Shown here in pieces: positions 63,931 to 64,000 of a stretch of 64,000 nt of DNA (the stretch's first letter is position 1; every line of letters starts with the position of its first letter). The position numbers were made by a program, and so were the translations under genes. The stretch is from Pavona decussata (taxonomy: Eukaryota): positions 2,728,001 to 2,792,000 of the forward strand of contig CDRNST010000088.1 of assembly GCA_977016875.1 (NCBI GenBank), written 5' to 3'. The notes under the pieces were generated by a model. It saw only the letters and a program-made list of their open reading frames with translations. It was not told where the DNA came from and did no database searches.

Positions 63931-64000
63931 CTTAAATGAAGGAAAAAAAGGAGGTGAGAATAGAAATTGTTTGGGAAGTTTGTATAACTTGTATAGTAAT

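Larger units (their letters stand above)
59255..64000. mobile_element. PIF/Harbinger DNA transposon (runs off the window), interrupted by a Crypton
   Basis: Convergent Myb/SANT-like and HARBI1-like transposase genes. Probable left terminus near 59255 (ACGGACCTTTAGCA); the partner TIR is not visible. Confidence 0.8.

Overview
This is AT-rich eukaryotic (animal) DNA, most likely from a cnidarian such as a stony coral. That assignment is inferred from the SINE, MITE and transposon families, not proven. I found no intact host gene; the window is a deeply nested transposon graveyard. In order: (1) a ~175-bp satellite broken by three non-LTR retroelements, including an RTEX-like LINE that carries a complete BEL/Pao LTR element with a SAP-domain gag; (2) an L1/Tx1-L2 chimera and a Sola3-type end; (3) two P-element-like transposase relics, one split by a 16-kb TTAA-flanked Kolobok-type element holding a Gypsy, L1s, an L2, MITEs and a SINE; (4) a Penelope fragment; (5) a full-length two-gene Kolobok with a spliced THAP-DDE transposase and a convergent P2X7-ballast-like gene; (6) an R4/Dong element in (TAA)n; (7) an internally deleted piggyBac; (8) a complete Gypsy inside an L1 3' UTR; (9) a Harbinger containing a Crypton tyrosine-recombinase element. 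The most striking observation is the Crypton end. It is a 160-bp strand-asymmetric hairpin punctuated by four GA/GA mismatches and capped by a cGAAg triloop. A non-autonomous element at ~45.8-46.1 kb has the same architecture, which suggests recombination on folded single-stranded DNA, as at integron attC sites. All coordinates were read by eye; family names come from motif recognition, not database searches.
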